A stretch of DNA of 40,004 nt from Candidatus Methanomethylicia archaeon (lineage in GTDB: Archaea > Thermoproteota > Methanomethylicia > CALHIW01): assembly GCA_938030905.1 (NCBI GenBank), contig CALHIW010000075.1:1-40004 (forward strand). The letters run 5' to 3'. The notes under the pieces were generated by a model. That model saw nothing but the letters and a program-made list of their open reading frames with translations, was not told where the DNA came from and did not search any database. Position numbers and translations under genes: made by a program. Positions 37,869 to 40,004 of the stretch are shown piece by piece (positions within the stretch are counted from its first letter, which is position 1; the number at the start of each line of letters is the position of its first letter).

Positions 37869-38165
37869 CTATGCTGCTCCCATAAACTCTGTTATTAATG
37901 CTAAAATCAGCCCCCCTACTATTAGGTTTTTCCCCCTATATCTATCAACTCCTGAAAAATATAATAGAAAGCCAGATGTAGCTAATGTAATATAGGATAT
38001 TCTTGCAATTGCTAAGATAAGTAGGTTTGCACGAGTGAAAAATTCTGATGCTATTTGTTCAAGAACACTAAAGAACTCATCAATTTTACCAATCAAATCC
38101 GATAGGTCCAGTAGCATCACACCACTAGTAATCATATTTGATATAAAGTAATTAAAAACATCCAA
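37869..38165 (-). CDS. Hypothetical small membrane protein (2-3 predicted helices)
   Basis: 98-aa ORF with hydrophobic stretches LLILAIARISYITLATSGFLLYF and LIVGGLILALITEFMG. No recognisable family. It is divergent from tatA. Confidence 0.3.
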   Translation of the reverse strand: MDVFNYFISNMITSGVMLLDLSDLIGKIDEFFSVLEQIASEFFTRANLLILAIARISYITLATSGFLLYFSGVDRYRGKNLIVGGLILALITEFMGAA

Positions 38166-38288
38166 TATGCAAGTTTAAATAATTTAATTTTTCACAGCTT
38201 CTAATTTAAGTCTAATATGATAAAGCAATTAACTATTTAAGGATAGATAAGTTTAAATTCCTCCTCCTCTAAAGTTATATCGAGGATT

Positions 38289-38573
38289 ATGATGCTACTA
38301 GCAATAATGAATTGGGAATGGATTATTGTGATTGTGTTGATAGTGGTTATATTCCTGTGGGGTCCTCAAAAGCTTCCGGAGCTTGCTAAATCGATAGGGC
38401 TAGCGAAGAAAGAATTTGAGAAGGCTTCTAAAGGCATCGAGGATGAAATTAGAAAATCCTCAACAACAGATGAAAGAATAATAGAAATTGCTAAGAATCT
38501 CGGTATAAAAACTGAAGGTAAAACACGTGAGCAAATAATACAAGAAATACTTGAGAAAACACGTGCTAGATGA
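38289..38573 (+). CDS. tatA: Twin-arginine translocase TatA/E
   Basis: ..WEWIIVIVLIVVIFLWGPQKLPELAKSIGLAKKEFEKASKG.. shows a TM helix, the G-P-x-K-L-P hinge and an amphipathic helix. The true start may be the internal ATG (MNWEW..). Confidence 0.85.
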   Translation: MMLLAIMNWEWIIVIVLIVVIFLWGPQKLPELAKSIGLAKKEFEKASKGIEDEIRKSSTTDERIIEIAKNLGIKTEGKTREQIIQEILEKTRAR

Positions 38574-38715
38574 TTTAGTAGCTTTCACAAATTAACTAAT
38601 CTTAAGTTTTAGCTTAAACAGCCCCATTAATACCATTAATAATGAAGATTGATTATGTTTAAGCTAAATCTAAAAATTTAAAATCCTACTGTAATAGCAT
38701 TTAATGTGATCTCCA

Positions 38716-39621
38716 TTGTCTAATGAGATAGCTTTTTCAGAGCATATTGAGGAGCTTAAGGCTAGATTAAAAGTCATAATTTACTGTTTACTAATATCAT
38801 CCATTGCGATGATGGTTATTCCAGCAAACACCGACTTTACAAGAAATCCTTTAAATTTCTATGAACCCCTAATAGGCTTAATTCTTAGAAGTATTAGATC
38901 ATATATTTTAGAATCCCCATTTCTATTCTATTCTTTAAACTCAACTCGATTAGAACTTATAGCTGTAGAGATTACAGCCCCTCTTGAACTTTATGTTTTA
39001 ACATCAATATTATTTGGTGTGCTCGTATCCATGCCTGTTATAGCATATGAAGTCTACAAGTTTATAGATCCTGCTCTATATCCACATGAGAGAAAAATGA
39101 TATATCCATTCATAACTTCATTTACGATACTGTTCATTGTTGGTGGGCTTTTCGGCTTTTTCATTTTATGTCCATTCTTAATATGGGCTATGCTTCCATT
39201 CTATCATATAGTTGGTGCTCAAGCAGTCATTTCTGTAATTGATTTCTACAATGTAATATTCTTTACAGTTTTAATGACTGGTCTATCATTTACAATACCT
39301 GTTATCTTCGTTATTTTTGTAAAACTTGGCTTTATAGATACTACTATTATAACTAAGAGAAGACGATATATATATGCAGCATTATTTATACTTACAGCAA
39401 TTATAACGCCTAATGGTGGTCCATTAGCTGATTTAGCACTATTTATACCTATGATTATACTGCTTGAAGTAGCAGTTCTAGTAGCTAAGAAATATGAAGG
39501 TATTAGAGAGAGAAGATTTACATTATTTCCATCAGTAAAATATGTAAAATGTAACTATTGTGGAGCTGAAATATCTGAAGGCTCTGTTTTCTGTAGTCGA
39601 TGTGGTCGTGCTACTAAATAG
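38716..39621 (+). CDS. tatC: Twin-arginine translocase TatC with a C-terminal zinc-ribbon extension
   Basis: N-terminal ..FSEHIEELKARLKV.. (the HL.ELR motif region), six hydrophobic helices, then CNYCGAEISEGSVFCSRCG at 39550-39603. TTG start assumed. Confidence 0.85.
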   Translation: MSNEIAFSEHIEELKARLKVIIYCLLISSIAMMVIPANTDFTRNPLNFYEPLIGLILRSIRSYILESPFLFYSLNSTRLELIAVEITAPLELYVLTSILFGVLVSMPVIAYEVYKFIDPALYPHERKMIYPFITSFTILFIVGGLFGFFILCPFLIWAMLPFYHIVGAQAVISVIDFYNVIFFTVLMTGLSFTIPVIFVIFVKLGFIDTTIITKRRRYIYAALFILTAIITPNGGPLADLALFIPMIILLEVAVLVAKKYEGIRERRFTLFPSVKYVKCNYCGAEISEGSVFCSRCGRATK

Positions 39622-40004
39622 TTGATGGTAGTTATTATAAAATTCTGCTCAGGAATCTAACTTTAGTTATGGAATGAGTAAGTAAATCTAAACAATATTT
39701 AAAAAAGATAAGATATATTTAAGATTGATCATTTAGACAAAATGTTTACGATAACAGATAAATATCTAAAGATAAGACGGCTTCAAGATTAATAAGATTT
39801 TAGGAAGGCGGAGCTGTAACATCTAAACTAGTGAATGAAGCCGAAACGTATAAAGACAGGCTAAACACTGAAACCTTATTGCATACACCATATTTCCAAG
39901 GCGAGCTAAAAGGCAACTGATGAAGCTTAATGAAGTAAAAGTTGTAAATTCATCTTAAGACGAGAGAGCTTGCCACTTATTTCTAGTAAATTTAATCATG
40001 CTTA

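Noticed and set aside
39780-40004. AATGAAGCCG / GATGAAGCTTAA segments resembling the GGTGAAGC repeat core at the right window edge
   Set aside because: Similarity is limited to 6-8 nt, and no flanking homology could be aligned by eye.
1-40004. Scan for CRISPR arrays, tRNA/rRNA genes, inteins in rgy/MCM, and tandem repeats
   Set aside because: No regularly spaced direct repeats. No GC-rich cloverleaf-like segments or T-loop (GGTTCRAATCC) matches outside coding frames. The large ORFs are collinear with their families, with no insertions of intein size. Only trivial (TA)n at ~22890-22900.

Overview
AT-rich archaeal chromosome segment, most likely from a hyperthermophilic crenarchaeon (Thermoproteota). 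Supporting signs are reverse gyrase, archaeal-type TyrRS and PPAT, a split methylmalonyl-CoA mutase, a thiolase+DUF35 pair, DUF123, and TATA-like boxes close to start codons. Left to right the window holds: tyrS (cut by the window edge); etfBA; a thioredoxin-fold protein; a QueT-like transporter; archaeal PPAT; and a decayed IS5-family transposase. Next comes an acyl-CoA oxidation block (thiolase, DUF35, 3-hydroxyacyl-CoA dehydrogenase, enoyl-CoA hydratase, acyl-CoA dehydrogenase), then meaB and both methylmalonyl-CoA mutase subunits. These are followed by reverse gyrase, an MBL-fold hydrolase, an M29 aminopeptidase, a NitT/TauT-type ABC importer and a Pus10-N-terminus-like zinc-ribbon mini-protein. 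The right third carries a DsrMKJOP/Hme-like membrane redox operon: a NarI-like::HdrD-like fusion, a tri-haem cytochrome c, a Tat-exported 4x[4Fe-4S] protein and an NrfD-like protein. A separate NarI-type di-haem cytochrome b, a DUF123 protein, tatA, and a tatC with a C-terminal zinc ribbon complete it. About 12 kb (~30%) of the window has no ORF >=60 aa. Much of that is recognisable gene debris: two IS5-like copies, an ISH3/IS4-like remnant, and a dispersed repeat family that looks like 3' ends of IS200/IS605 tnpB. The most interesting observations are the orphan Dsr/Hme-like module with a c-type cytochrome, an abrupt synonymous-codon flip (NNA to NNT) inside etfA, the dispersed repeat family, and the TatC zinc-ribbon fusion. 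No CRISPR array, tRNA or rRNA gene was seen. All homology statements come from motif recognition by eye, not from searches.
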